From NCBI GenBank assembly GCA_048538235.1, contig JBLYPX010000001.1, positions 787,011 through 851,010 of the forward strand: a stretch of 64,000 nt of DNA, in the 5' to 3' direction. Below, one piece after another: positions 1 to 10,022 of this stretch (the stretch's first letter is position 1; each line of letters begins with the position of its first letter). Position numbers and translations under genes: made by a program. The notes beneath the pieces were generated by a model, which was not told the origin of the DNA, did no database searches, and saw only the letters and a program-made list of their open reading frames with translations. Origin of the DNA: Candidatus Komeilibacteria bacterium. Its GTDB lineage: Bacteria; Patescibacteriota; Patescibacteriia; UBA1558.

Positions 1-1646
1 GTAACGATATCTACCGCTCTGTTGTAATCTGGCTTAGCTGTACCTTCCATAATGCCAGTAATTTCTTTAAATTGACGTCTAACCTCTTCAACTACTTTAC
101 CCGCAGTTTTACCAACGGCTTCCATAGCAAGAGCGCCAAACCAATATGGTAATAGTCCGCCAATAAACAACCCAGCTATAACCATTGGATCTATTAATTT
201 AAATTCTAAATTAAGTCCATGTCCGACAAATTCTTGGACATAAGATGCAAACAATACCAAAGCAGCAAGTCCTGCAGAAGCAATAGCATAACCTTTAGTG
301 ACAGCTTTAGTTGTATTACCAACAGCATCTAAAGGATCTGTTACCGCTCTGACATCGTCAGATAGTTCTGCCATTTCAGCAATACCACCAGCATTATCTG
401 TAATTGGACCATATGAGTCTATAGTCACAATAATACCAGCTAGTGAAAGCATAGCTGTTGCTGCAATAGCAATTCCATACATACCAGCTAAGCTGTAAGA
501 TAGTAAAATACCAATAACTATAACAAGAACAGGTAATACAGTAGACTTCATTGAAACAGCAAGTCCGGCAATAATATTTGTACCATGTCCACTTTCTGAA
601 GCCTTAGCAATATCTTTAACCGGCTTATATCTCCCTGAAGTGTAGTATTCAGTAATAATAACCATCAAAGCTGTTACTACAATACCAATAACCGCTGAAA
701 GATAAATATCTTTAGCACTATACAATGTTAAATCTCCCATTAATCTTTTAGTAACGGGCCACATTAAGATAATAGATAAAATACCCGTCACAGATAAGCC
801 TTTATACAAAGCTCCCATTATATTCTTAGATTTACCTAAAGAGATAAACCAAGTACCAATTATACTTGTAATAATTGAAATAGCTCCAATTACTAGAGGA
901 TAAATAACTGCGTTTGGATAAGTTGTAAATAGTAATGATCCAAGTAGCATAGTAGCAACTGTTGTAACAGAATATGTTTCAAATAAGTCTGCTGCCATAC
1001 CAGCACAATCACCAACATTATCGCCAACATTGTCTGCAATAACCGCTGGATTACGAGGGTCGTCTTCTGGAATACCAGCTTCAACTTTGCCAACAAGATC
1101 TGCTCCAACATCGGCTGCTTTTGTAAAGATACCTCCGCCAAGTCTAGCAAATACAGAGATTAAACTTCCACCAAAACCAAGACCGACTAGAGCTTTAAAT
1201 GATCCTGAAATAATAAAGAAACTTGTGACTCCTAAAAGTCCAAGCCCAACAACTAAAAGTCCTGTAACCGCTCCACCTTGAACTGCTACATTCATAGCTT
1301 GTGCAAGACCACTCTTAGCAGCTTCACAAGTCCTAACATTAGCGCGCACCGAAACATTCATACCAATGTATCCGGCAAGAGCAGATAGTACAGCTCCAAA
1401 AATAAAGCCAATAGCTGTAGCCCAATCAAGAGCAAAGCCTAAAATGAAGAACAATATTACTGCTATTACAGCTACTGTTCTATACTGCCTATTTAAATAG
1501 GCTTTAGCACCAACTTGAATAGCCTCTGCAATTTCTTTCATTTTATCTCCGCCTGCAGGCTTCTTTAAAATCAACTTGGCTAGAATAAATCCATACACAA
1601 TTGCGACAATAGACACAATAAGTGCAAATAATGATCCGTCTGTCAT
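1..1646 (-). CDS. hppA: K+-insensitive/V-type H+-translocating pyrophosphatase (membrane-bound PPase), 3'-truncated by window edge
   Basis: Not in the ORF track because it has no in-window stop. Minus-strand ATG at 1644-1646 gives [20 protein letters not shown]... Multi-TM with the characteristic GGG/DNVGDN motifs ([35 protein letters not shown]) of H+-PPases. Continues past position 1. Confidence 0.8.
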   Translation of the reverse strand, partial: MTDGSLFALIVSIVAIVYGFILAKLILKKPAGGDKMKEIAEAIQVGAKAYLNRQYRTVAVIAVILFFILGFALDWATAIGFIFGAVLSALAGYIGMNVSVRANVRTCEAAKSGLAQAMNVAVQGGAVTGLLVVGLGLLGVTSFFIISGSFKALVGLGFGGSLISVFARLGGGIFTKAADVGADLVGKVEAGIPEDDPRNPAVIADNVGDNVGDCAGMAADLFETYSVTTVATMLLGSLLFTTYPNAVIYPLVIGAISIITSIIGTWFISLGKSKNIMGALYKGLSVTGILSIILMWPVTKRLMGDLTLYSAKDIYLSAVIGIVVTALMVIITEYYTSGRYKPVKDIAKASESGHGTNIIAGLAVSMKSTVLPVLVIVIGILLSYSLAGMYGIAIAATAMLSLAGIIVTIDSYGPITDNAGGIAEMAELSDDVRAVTDPLDAVGNTTKAVTKGYAIASAGLAALVLFASYVQEFVGHGLNLEFKLIDPMVIAGLFIGGLLPYWFGALAMEAVGKTAGKVVEEVRRQFKEITGIMEGTAKPDYNRAVDIV

Positions 1647-1697
1647 AGTTTTAATTATTAATTAATAATTATTAAAATTAACCCTCCTAATTATATC

Positions 1698-2957
1698 TTA
1701 TTCTTTTTCCTCTTCAGATTCTTCTTTAGTCTCCTCTTTCTCTTCCGCTACTTCTTGTTTTTCTTCCTTCACTTCATCGCTTTTCTCTTCCTTTTCTTTA
1801 CCATCTTCACTCTCTTCGTCTTCAGCTCCTTCAGCACCAGCAATATCTATTTTCCAATCTGTGAGCTTAGCTGCCAGTCTTACGTTCTGACCAGCCTTAC
1901 CAATAGCAAGAGACAATTGATCCTCTTTAACCTCAACCTTAGCAACCTTTTCTTCTTCATCAAGTTCTATACTTTTAATCTTGGCTGGAGATAAAGCATT
2001 TGAAATAAATGTTTCAACATTATCATCCCACTCAATAATATCTATTTTCTCTCCGCCTAATTCAGCAATAATTGTTTGTACACGAGCACCTCTTTGTCCA
2101 ACACAAGAACCAACTGGGTCAATATTTTCTTCTTCTGTCCAAACAGCAACTTTACTTCTTTGACCAGCTTCTCTAGCAATTGCCTTTATCTCAACAGTGC
2201 CCGCACTAATTTCCGGAACTTCCATAACAAAGAGTTCTTTAAGAAAATCTGGGTGAGATCTAGATAAAATTATCTGGGGTCCACGACCACTCATCTCTAC
2301 AGACATTATTAAAACCTTAATTCTTTGTCCTGATTGATAACGCTCACTCATAATCTGTTCTTCTGGTGGTAATATACCCATAGCATTATCTATATCTACC
2401 ATAACCATTCTACCCTCACGTCTTTGTACAGTACCAACAACCAAAGCGCCTTCTTTATCTTTAAATGAATTATATATTGTGTCTCTCTCAACTTCTCTTA
2501 ATCTTTGAATAATAACCTGTTTGGCTGTTTGTGCTGCCATACGACCGAATTCATCTGGAATAGACAACTCTTGAATCAACTCATCTCCAATCTTAATAGT
2601 CTTTTTGATCTCTTTGGCGTCTTTAATCATTATCTCTGTCTTTGGATTGAAACGTATAATCCCTTCAGCTTCTTCATCCACTTCTTCACCTGCTTCACGT
2701 CTTTCTCTAACCTCTTCTAAAACCTTTTCTAATTCTTCAAGATCCATATTATCTACAACTGTTTTAACGTCAAAAACTTTGACCTCAGCTGTCTCTGGAT
2801 CAAATTCTGCTTTAACATTTTGGTTTTTCTCACCAAAATCTTTTCTATAAGCTGCAGCTAGAGCTGCTTCTATAGTCTCTATTACAGAGTCGTAGGGAAT
2901 GTTTTTTTCCTCACAAATCTGCTCTATGGCCTGCTTTATTTGCTTTGCATCCTCCAT
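1698..2957 (-). CDS. nusA: transcription termination/antitermination factor NusA with acidic C-terminal tail
   Basis: 419 aa. N-terminal NusA domain, S1 and KH-like regions (GRMVMVDIDNAMGILPPEEQ, AIGKAGQNVRLAAKLTDWKIDI). C-terminal E/K-rich low-complexity tail. Confidence 0.9.
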   Translation of the reverse strand: MEDAKQIKQAIEQICEEKNIPYDSVIETIEAALAAAYRKDFGEKNQNVKAEFDPETAEVKVFDVKTVVDNMDLEELEKVLEEVRERREAGEEVDEEAEGIIRFNPKTEIMIKDAKEIKKTIKIGDELIQELSIPDEFGRMAAQTAKQVIIQRLREVERDTIYNSFKDKEGALVVGTVQRREGRMVMVDIDNAMGILPPEEQIMSERYQSGQRIKVLIMSVEMSGRGPQIILSRSHPDFLKELFVMEVPEISAGTVEIKAIAREAGQRSKVAVWTEEENIDPVGSCVGQRGARVQTIIAELGGEKIDIIEWDDNVETFISNALSPAKIKSIELDEEEKVAKVEVKEDQLSLAIGKAGQNVRLAAKLTDWKIDIAGAEGAEDEESEDGKEKEEKSDEVKEEKQEVAEEKEETKEESEEEKE

Positions 2958-3051
2958 AATCGTATTTATAAATTTTTAATAATAAAGGCTAGTATGAAAA
3001 TACTAGCCTACTAAAATATTACCATTCAAACTGTAACTTGTCAAACATATA

Positions 3052-4032
3052 TTAAACCAATCTATCTAACTCATCATCCATAGTATCCTCAACTTTCTCA
3101 TCCTGTTTTTCCACTTTCTTATCTTCTTTAACAACTAGCTTTTCCTTAATCTCTTTTTCATCTTTACTGCTAATAATAAACCAAACAATGCTTATCACAA
3201 CAATAACTCCTAACATAGCAAAGCCAATCTGCCTGTTTTGCCTTTCTCTTAAACTTCTTTGCTCAGAAACAATTCCGTCATCCTCACTAAAGAATTCATT
3301 TATAATCTCATCCCTATCTACTGTTTTCTGCAATTCACTTACTTTTGTCTCATCTTGCTCCCAAACACCACCTTCAATTTGACCGCCATCACTAACACTA
3401 ACCTCTCCCTCTTCTTCTGGAGCTATAGAAATATCTGGATCCTCAACATCAGTACTAACAGCTACTGTTTCTTCTACCACTTCTTCTTGTTCTTCTACTG
3501 TTTCTTCAACCTCTTCCTGTTGTTCTTCTATAACTTCCTCTTTCTGCTCTTCTTTAACAACTTCCTCAATAACAACTTCCTCAACCTCCACCTGAACAGG
3601 TCTTGCTAAAACAGCAAAGCTTATATGACCAGACTCAACAGACCTTTCTCTTTCATTTAAATTACGCGCAACTGTATACACAGTATGAGTTCCAGGTGTT
3701 AATGGTAAGTATGTAGTATATGCAAAATTACCTATTCCAGAGTCGTCTAGATTTAATTTTGCTCTTCCATTAAATACTCCATCTACATATACATCTACTA
3801 ATGTTTCATTCCATGATAAACCAGTAATAGTTAAAGAATCTGCATAAACAGATGAATTATTTTCAGGCACGACAAGTGTAGGGGCTGGGACCGTACAATC
3901 CTTATCATGTAAACAAGGATCTTCAGCTGCCAACGCACTATTGCCCAAAAACAGTAGTGATATTAAAAAAAACAACCCTCCTAATAGAATTATTTTCCTT
4001 CTCATAAATATTAATGTTATTAATTTGCTCAT
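3052..4032 (-). CDS. cell-surface protein: signal peptide, Ig-like domain, acidic E/V repeat linker, C-terminal TM anchor, K/E tail
   Basis: 326 aa. N-terminal hydrophobic signal (...NSALAAEDP). About 100 aa beta-rich domain, then EEVVxEE acidic repeats. C-terminal TM (FAMLGVIVVISIVWFII) and lysine/glutamate tail. No recognisable family. Confidence 0.5.
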   Translation of the reverse strand: MSKLITLIFMRRKIILLGGLFFLISLLFLGNSALAAEDPCLHDKDCTVPAPTLVVPENNSSVYADSLTITGLSWNETLVDVYVDGVFNGRAKLNLDDSGIGNFAYTTYLPLTPGTHTVYTVARNLNERERSVESGHISFAVLARPVQVEVEEVVIEEVVKEEQKEEVIEEQQEEVEETVEEQEEVVEETVAVSTDVEDPDISIAPEEEGEVSVSDGGQIEGGVWEQDETKVSELQKTVDRDEIINEFFSEDDGIVSEQRSLRERQNRQIGFAMLGVIVVISIVWFIISSKDEKEIKEKLVVKEDKKVEKQDEKVEDTMDDELDRLV

Positions 4033-4115
4033 ATAATTTAATTAAAAATTACCATTTACACAAGTTAATAAGCTGTTAAAAACCTCTTTATTACCTGTTA
4101 ACCGATATTAAAAAG

Positions 4116-4148
4116 CCCCTTGCTTACACAAGGGGACTTTGTTTTTTT
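4116..4148. terminator. bidirectional intrinsic terminator hairpin (CCCCTTG-CTTACA-CAAGGGG) flanked by A-run and T-run
   Basis: 7-bp GC-rich stem 4116-4135 followed by GTTTTTTT on plus and CTTTTT on minus. Lies between the ends of the 4155..4502 and 3052..4032 transcription units. Confidence 0.6.
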
Positions 4149-4154
4149 GATTTT

Positions 4155-4502
4155 TTAGAGATTTGCTACTGTTTCTCTGGCATTTTGTACGAGCTCAGCA
4201 TTTGCAGGATTTTCCTCAAATCCATGCACCAGCAGCTTGGCTTCATCTGACAAGTTGGCTGAATTTGCAAAAAGAAAACCATAGCAGATAAATTTGGTTC
4301 CAATATGATCGCTTGCCAACATGTTGGCCAAAAGATCTTCTGCTGAAGAGTCTCCTGTTTCCAGAAAGATCGTGCCAATTTCGTTGAGCAGCACGCCCAG
4401 TGGTAAAAGACCCACACTACCAGACCCCGGACAAGTGGTATATTCACCACTCTCAACCATCTGTATTAACTCTTTTAAAGTAAAGCCAGTTTGTCTTTCC
4501 AT
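4155..4502 (-). CDS. hypothetical cytoplasmic protein (115 aa) in a higher-GC islet
   Basis: Complete ORF with an AAGGAGGGAA SD 5 nt before the ATG. Local GC is visibly higher than flanks. No family recognised. Confidence 0.45.
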   Translation of the reverse strand: MERQTGFTLKELIQMVESGEYTTCPGSGSVGLLPLGVLLNEIGTIFLETGDSSAEDLLANMLASDHIGTKFICYGFLFANSANLSDEAKLLVHGFEENPANAELVQNARETVANL

Positions 4503-4539
4503 TCTTCCCTCCTTAAGGATATATTTTGAGCATTTTACA

Positions 4540-4962
4540 TTAAAAACTTAAATACGTAATGGTTCCCATTACCGTACAGGTAATAATAGTAGTAAGGCCA
4601 ACAGAAGACAAAACCGCAAAACGTGGCAGCGCCCTCCATTTAATTCCCTCTATACACATCACACCTATAATTGGGGAACAGAGCAAAAGAAACGTTACTG
4701 TGCTAAACATATAAGCACCGCTAAACAACATCATTCCCCACCCAAGAGTCACAAACATTGCCATTACATATAGCGCCATAGCGCCTGCAATGCCAAACAC
4801 AACCCCTCCAACTACCATTATTGCAAAAAGCATAGCACCAAAAGCAATAAACCCTCTTGCTTCAATTGGAGCGCCTGATAAATAGGGTATTGATACAAAG
4901 ATTAAAAAAACACTTAAAATACCTGCCAACACAAACGCTTCGCGTTGAATAAGTTTTTCCAT
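4540..4962 (-). CDS. hypothetical 4-TM membrane protein (140 aa), higher-GC islet
   Basis: Four hydrophobic helices. Identical 21-nt leader/SD (TTCCCTCCTTAAGGATATATT on plus) upstream, as for the neighbouring gene. Confidence 0.5.
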   Translation of the reverse strand: MEKLIQREAFVLAGILSVFLIFVSIPYLSGAPIEARGFIAFGAMLFAIMVVGGVVFGIAGAMALYVMAMFVTLGWGMMLFSGAYMFSTVTFLLLCSPIIGVMCIEGIKWRALPRFAVLSSVGLTTIITCTVMGTITYLSF

Positions 4963-5054
4963 ATTTCCCTCCTTAAGGATATATTATTAATTTCCAATGA
5001 ACTAATATACCACATTAGTATAAATATGATTTCTTGTCAAGGTATATAAAATTT

Positions 5055-5081
5055 CACCCCCACTGTATTGAAGTGGGGGTG
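5055..5081 (-). terminator. intrinsic terminator hairpin CACCCCCAC-N9-GTGGGGGTG
   Basis: 9-bp GC stem immediately downstream (minus strand) of the 5119..5514 gene, followed by an A/U-rich run. Confidence 0.5.
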
Positions 5082-5118
5082 TGGTCGGGTCGGAGCTGCC
5101 GGTGAGGAGGAGAACAAA

Positions 5119-5514
5119 CTATGGTAGATATTTTTCAAACTCTTCCCTAATTTTTAGGTCTTTTTTTTGTTTGGGTATATTAATAACAATGTACTTAATA
5201 ATATATATCATCCAGGCAATACAAACTAAAAACCAAATCATACTCCAGGCTCTCATTCCTAAATATGGAATTAACTGATGCCTAAAAAACATTAAAATTA
5301 AACCAATAATACTAAATGAAAAACACCAAGTTCCTAGTTTTTGCATTACTTTTCTGTATGGAGAAGAAAAAACTTCTTTTTTTCTTAATATTGAAAAAAC
5401 AATAGCTAGAATAAATATTAAAACATAAATACCTACAGCTAACCTAAAAACATTTGTTGTAATGGGTAACAAATTATTTGTGAATAGATAATCTAATTTA
5501 AACCAATTTATCAT
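5119..5514 (-). CDS. hypothetical small membrane protein (3-4 TM)
   Basis: 131 aa, hydrophobic helices, basic loops. No family recognised. Confidence 0.4.
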   Translation of the reverse strand: MINWFKLDYLFTNNLLPITTNVFRLAVGIYVLIFILAIVFSILRKKEVFSSPYRKVMQKLGTWCFSFSIIGLILMFFRHQLIPYLGMRAWSMIWFLVCIAWMIYIIKYIVINIPKQKKDLKIREEFEKYLP

Positions 5515-6069
5515 TTATTTTATAAATATTAATCCGTAGTGATAAGGTCCTGCTGAAAACTCTTGTTCTAAGCTTAAACCTAAATCTACGGCATGCTTCT
5601 TAATGGTGTCAGCAGCAATTCTTTTACTAACCTCTGGCCCAATAGCTGTTTGCTGTGGGAGCCACTCAACCACCAATAATTTTCCTCCTTGCTCAAGTAA
5701 TCTAACAGACTCTTTCATCATTTGCAAGTGGTTAGTATTTTGGAAAAGTGTTGTTACTAAAAAACAAACATTCATGCCTTCTGGCACCTTAGTTGCACCA
5801 ACAATCTCTAAATCACTCCAGACTGTTTTAATATTTGGTAATGATTCCAGTTTTGCTTTACTTTCAACAGAAGACAAAACTTCTTTCTGTATATCCACTG
5901 CATAGACCAACCCATTATTACCAACTATTTTAGCTGCTGCTAATGTAAAATATGCCATTGCCCCACAGCCTAAATCTGCCACCTTAGAACCATAATCTAA
6001 ATGCAAGATGTCTTTTAGTATCTTAGTTGGATCCATTAGGCTTTTTTCTGTTTTATTTGTATGTTCCAT
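5515..6069 (-). CDS. class I SAM-dependent methyltransferase
   Basis: 184 aa. Motif I VADLGCGAMAYFTLAAAKIVGNNGLVYAVDI, then acidic motif II and LLVVEW motif. Confidence 0.7.
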   Translation of the reverse strand: MEHTNKTEKSLMDPTKILKDILHLDYGSKVADLGCGAMAYFTLAAAKIVGNNGLVYAVDIQKEVLSSVESKAKLESLPNIKTVWSDLEIVGATKVPEGMNVCFLVTTLFQNTNHLQMMKESVRLLEQGGKLLVVEWLPQQTAIGPEVSKRIAADTIKKHAVDLGLSLEQEFSAGPYHYGLIFIK

Positions 6070-6104
6070 ATGTATAATATTATACCAAAAATTAGTACAT
6101 TTTG

Positions 6105-6677
6105 TTAATCTTTAATATATTTTTTAATAGGGGCAAAAGACGTTCTATGTAGAACACTAATACCATGTTTATCTAGTTTTTGCTGATGAAGACTAGTTCC
6201 ATAACCTTTATGGGCTGAAAAATTATATTCTCCATAATGCCTATCAAACTCTATCATCATATTATCTCTATAATCCTTAGCAACTATTGAAGCGGCCATT
6301 ATCTCTAAAACACTACTATCTCCTCGAATAATTAATTCATGTGGTAATTCGTGCTTAAAACCTCTTATCATGTCCAATTTTAACTCATGAGGTTTAATTG
6401 GTAGATTAGCAACCGCTCTTACAGCAGCCATTATATTTGCTTTTTGTAATCCAAATTTATCTATTTCGAAATGACTAACTACTCCAACAGACCAATAGGC
6501 TACTTTCTTAATTTTTTTAGCTAGCTCTTTTCTCTTGGCAAAATCAAGAGCTTTAGAATCTTTCAACTCAAAATCTACTTTATCTTTAAACACCACTGCA
6601 GAAGCAACCAATGGTCCTGCCCAAGCACCACGACCAACTTCATCCACGCCAGCAATTTTTGTTTTCGTTATTTTCAT
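6105..6677 (-). CDS. rnhB: ribonuclease HII
   Basis: 190 aa. N-terminal IAGVDEVGRGAWAGPLVASAVVF is the RNase HII catalytic DEVG motif region. Confidence 0.85.
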   Translation of the reverse strand: MKITKTKIAGVDEVGRGAWAGPLVASAVVFKDKVDFELKDSKALDFAKRKELAKKIKKVAYWSVGVVSHFEIDKFGLQKANIMAAVRAVANLPIKPHELKLDMIRGFKHELPHELIIRGDSSVLEIMAASIVAKDYRDNMMIEFDRHYGEYNFSAHKGYGTSLHQQKLDKHGISVLHRTSFAPIKKYIKD

Positions 6678-7262
6678 AACAGTATTATACAGAGATCCTT
6701 AGATCTAAGCTAATTTAAACTTTCTTATGAGTAAATATAGCTATCATAACTATTACTGCTATTAAACCAATAACAGTAAATGGATTGCTCATATTTAAAC
6801 TATCTGTAACTGTTGTAGATAGTGACAATCCTATAGCTATAAATACTTTGTTCAACAAGCTATAATCTTGAGAACTTGCTGGTGTATCTAGTTTAATATT
6901 TAGTTTTATGTCCTTGTTAGGCATATATCCAGCTTTCTTAATTAATTAGTTCGACCTTTGTATTTAATTATTAATAAACAATAAAGGCTCTGCGTACAAT
7001 CAGAGCCTTAAAGAATTACCATGTCTTAATTTCAAGTATTGAAGCGTAGACTCTGATCCTCCTTTATATTAAAGTGCAATAAAACATACCACTTAGAAGT
7101 GGTCACAATTCTTATTCTTTTATAACACTTAATATTCATATATTTATATAAAAAGCCACAATCGTGCTTTTATTTTTGTTTTTTACACTTTTGTGGCTAA
7201 AATATTCATTTATTCCCTTCTATTAAATTAGACGTATGAGATTAATTGTTGTTACAGAATAT

Positions 7263-7293
7263 AAAAACAGCTTATTATATAAAGCTGTTTTTT
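7263..7293 (-). terminator. intrinsic terminator AAAACAGCTT-ATTATATA-AAGCTGTTTT plus T-run, just downstream of the malic enzyme gene
   Basis: Perfect 10-bp stem with an 8-nt loop and U-tracts on both sides. Confidence 0.6.
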
Positions 7294-7302
7294 GATAGAT
7301 GC

Positions 7303-8466
7303 TTATTTACTTTTCTTCCATTCACGTTTTACAGCACTTGCAACCTTTTTAACAACCTCTTTATTAAACACATTTGGAATGATGTTATCCTCTGTAGGTT
7401 TTTTAACACAGCTAGCAATAGCTTTAGCAGCTGCCAATTTCATATCTGTAGTAATCCTAGTAGCTCTAATATCTAAAGCTCCTCTAAATATTCCAGGAAA
7501 AGCTAGAACATTATTCACCTGATTTGGATAGTCACTACGACCGGTTGCTACAACTTTAGCACCTACCTGTTTTGCTAATTCTGGCATTATCTCTGGTGTT
7601 GGATTGGCCATGGCTATAATTATAGAACCGTTATTCATTTTCTTAACCATACTCTTTTTTAGCACACCTGCCTTTGATACACCTATAAAAATATCTGCGC
7701 CAGTAATAATCCCATCTAAATTTCCGGTTTCTTTATTCTTGTTTGTTATTTTAGATATTAAAACTTTTTCTTTATTATCCTTAATATCTTTTCTGCCGTT
7801 ATAAATTACTCCCTTGCTATCTAACATTATTATATTAGCAGGCTTAGCCCCATAAGCGATTAATAGTTTTGCAATTGCAATACCAGCTGAACCAGCACCA
7901 TTAATAATAATTTTAACTTTATTAATTTTCTTATCTACAACTTTAAGTGAATTAATAATTGCGGCTAATGTAACCACAGCCGTACCATGTTGATCATCAT
8001 GCATAACTGGTATACCTAAATCTTGTAAAGCCTTTTCAATAACAAAACACTCCGGAGCTTTAATATCTTCTAAGTTAATTCCACCAAACATCGGTGTAAT
8101 GTTTTTTATTGTTTCAATATTCTTTTTAACGTCTTGACTAGCAAGTGCTATTGGCCATGCATCAATATTTGCAAACTCTTTAAAGAGAATAGCTTTACCC
8201 TCCATTACTGGTATAGAAGCTTCTGCACCAATATTACCAAGACCTAAGACTGCTGATCCGTCTGTTATGACAGCAACTGTGTTTGATTTTGAAGTATATT
8301 CATAAATATTATTTTTATTCTTTGCTATCTGTCTACAAGGTTCTGCTACTCCAGGTGTGTAATACAAAGATAGGTCTTCTTTGTTTTTTAAAGAAACTTT
8401 AGATTTAACAGATAGCTTGCCTTTATTTTTTTTATGCAAGCTTAAACTTTTTTTATAATAATCCAT
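7303..8466 (-). CDS. maeA: NAD(P)-dependent malic enzyme (malate dehydrogenase, oxaloacetate-decarboxylating)
   Basis: 387 aa. YTPGVAEPC...[28 protein letters not shown] and [13 protein letters not shown] Rossmann motif. Short-form malic enzyme with a K-rich N-terminal extension. Confidence 0.8.
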   Translation of the reverse strand: MDYYKKSLSLHKKNKGKLSVKSKVSLKNKEDLSLYYTPGVAEPCRQIAKNKNNIYEYTSKSNTVAVITDGSAVLGLGNIGAEASIPVMEGKAILFKEFANIDAWPIALASQDVKKNIETIKNITPMFGGINLEDIKAPECFVIEKALQDLGIPVMHDDQHGTAVVTLAAIINSLKVVDKKINKVKIIINGAGSAGIAIAKLLIAYGAKPANIIMLDSKGVIYNGRKDIKDNKEKVLISKITNKNKETGNLDGIITGADIFIGVSKAGVLKKSMVKKMNNGSIIIAMANPTPEIMPELAKQVGAKVVATGRSDYPNQVNNVLAFPGIFRGALDIRATRITTDMKLAAAKAIASCVKKPTEDNIIPNVFNKEVVKKVASAVKREWKKSK

Positions 8467-8467
8467 T

Positions 8468-9682
8468 CTACTTCTTAGCTTTTATTAATCTATTCAAAGC
8501 AACCATGTATGAAGCTGTTCTTAAATTTACATTCTTTTTACCAGCTAATTTATCTATAGCTTTATATTCTTTTAAGATTTTATCTTTTAACTTCTTTAAA
8601 ACTTCCGCTCTTGTCCAATATTTATTCTTAGCATTCTGCACCATTTCAAAATATGAAACCATAACACCACCTGCATTAGCAAGAACATCTGGAACAACTA
8701 ATATTCCTTTTTCATACATAATTTTATCTGCGTCAGCTGTTGTTGGTCCATTAGCTAATTCTATAACTATATTGGCTTTAATTTTTTTAGCATTAGCCTT
8801 TGTTATTTGATTATCTAATGCTGCTGGAATTAGAACATCTGTATCTAATTCTAAAATCTCTTTATTAGAAATCTTCATTGTTCCTTTATATCCAACAACT
8901 GTCTTATTCTCTTCTTTGTATCTATTTAAGTGTTGAATGTTTACACCTCTTGGATCATAAATGCCACCTTTAGAATCTGACACTGCAATTACTTTATAGC
9001 CAGCATGAAAACATAAATAGGCCATAGTAGCTCCTGCATTACCAAAGCCTTGAATAACAACTCTAGGTTTTTTTAATTTAAACTTTGTAACTATATCTTT
9101 TAATATATAGAAGCCACCTTGTGCTGTAGCAACATCCCTACCTTTTGAACCACCTTTGTTGATTGGTTTACCAGTAAAAGTACCTTTGTTTTTTTCACCA
9201 GTTAACTTCATATACTCATCATTCATCCAAGCCATTATCTGTGGATTTGTATATACATCTGGTGCTGGTACGTCTATTTTGGGACCAATATTTTTATGCA
9301 TTGCTTTTGCCCAAGCTCTAGCTAGCCTTTCTAGTTCTGTGTTAGAAAACTTTTTCGGATCAACTTTAACGCCTCCTTTACCACCGCCAGTTGGTATATT
9401 AACAACAGCTGTTTTAATTGCCATCCACAAAGCTAAGGCTTTTACCTCATCAATATCTGCTGCTTGATGAAATCTAATTCCACCTTTATATGGACCCCTC
9501 CAATTATTATGCTGCACTCTGTAAGCTTCTAAAACTTTTTCTTTTCCATTATCTAATGTAATCTTTATTTTTTTCCTTAAAACTTTATTTGGTTTTTTAA
9601 GCTTAGACAAAAGACTGGGTTTAATACCCAGTTCGTTTGCCGCTACAGACAATTGTTTAATAGCATTATCTAAAGGATTCAT
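8468..9682 (-). CDS. gdhA: glutamate dehydrogenase (Glu/Leu/Phe/Val dehydrogenase family)
   Basis: 404 aa. Catalytic-lysine glycine-rich motif NIPTGGGKGGVKVDP. C-terminal NAD(P) Rossmann QGFGNAGATMA. Confidence 0.85.
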   Translation of the reverse strand: MNPLDNAIKQLSVAANELGIKPSLLSKLKKPNKVLRKKIKITLDNGKEKVLEAYRVQHNNWRGPYKGGIRFHQAADIDEVKALALWMAIKTAVVNIPTGGGKGGVKVDPKKFSNTELERLARAWAKAMHKNIGPKIDVPAPDVYTNPQIMAWMNDEYMKLTGEKNKGTFTGKPINKGGSKGRDVATAQGGFYILKDIVTKFKLKKPRVVIQGFGNAGATMAYLCFHAGYKVIAVSDSKGGIYDPRGVNIQHLNRYKEENKTVVGYKGTMKISNKEILELDTDVLIPAALDNQITKANAKKIKANIVIELANGPTTADADKIMYEKGILVVPDVLANAGGVMVSYFEMVQNAKNKYWTRAEVLKKLKDKILKEYKAIDKLAGKKNVNLRTASYMVALNRLIKAKK

Positions 9683-9999
9683 TATAGTGAGTTATCTATT
9701 CTTTCTTTCAAACTTCCTTTGTCTTGGTAGCCCACTAATTGATCTGCGATTTGACCACCTTTAAAAATAAACAAAGTTGGGATACTCATAACTTGAAACT
9801 GTCCTGCTGTTTGTTGATTCTCATCAACATTAAGTTTAACTATTTTAACCTTGCCTTCATATTCTTTAGCAAGCTCATCAATAATTGGACTCATCATTTT
9901 ACAAGGACCACACCACTCAGCATAAAAATCTACTAACACTGGTGTGTCTGCTTTTAGAACTTCGGCTTCGAAGTTTTGATCTGTTACAAATTCTGCCAT
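9682..9999 (-). CDS. trxA: thioredoxin
   Basis: 105 aa with WCGPCK active site. Confidence 0.9.
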   Translation of the reverse strand: MAEFVTDQNFEAEVLKADTPVLVDFYAEWCGPCKMMSPIIDELAKEYEGKVKIVKLNVDENQQTAGQFQVMSIPTLFIFKGGQIADQLVGYQDKGSLKERIDNSL

Positions 10000-10022
10000 A
10001 TTTTTTTTAAATTATTAATTAA

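Noticed and set aside
4166-4456. Alternative-frame 96-aa ORF overlapping 4155..4502
   Set aside because: Trp/Cys-rich improbable composition and no SD. The 115-aa frame has a consensus SD and a sensible composition.
6715-6924. 69-aa minus-strand ORF with one hydrophobic segment
   Set aside because: No SD or promoter features recognised and nothing but hydrophobicity. It could be real but is unsupported.
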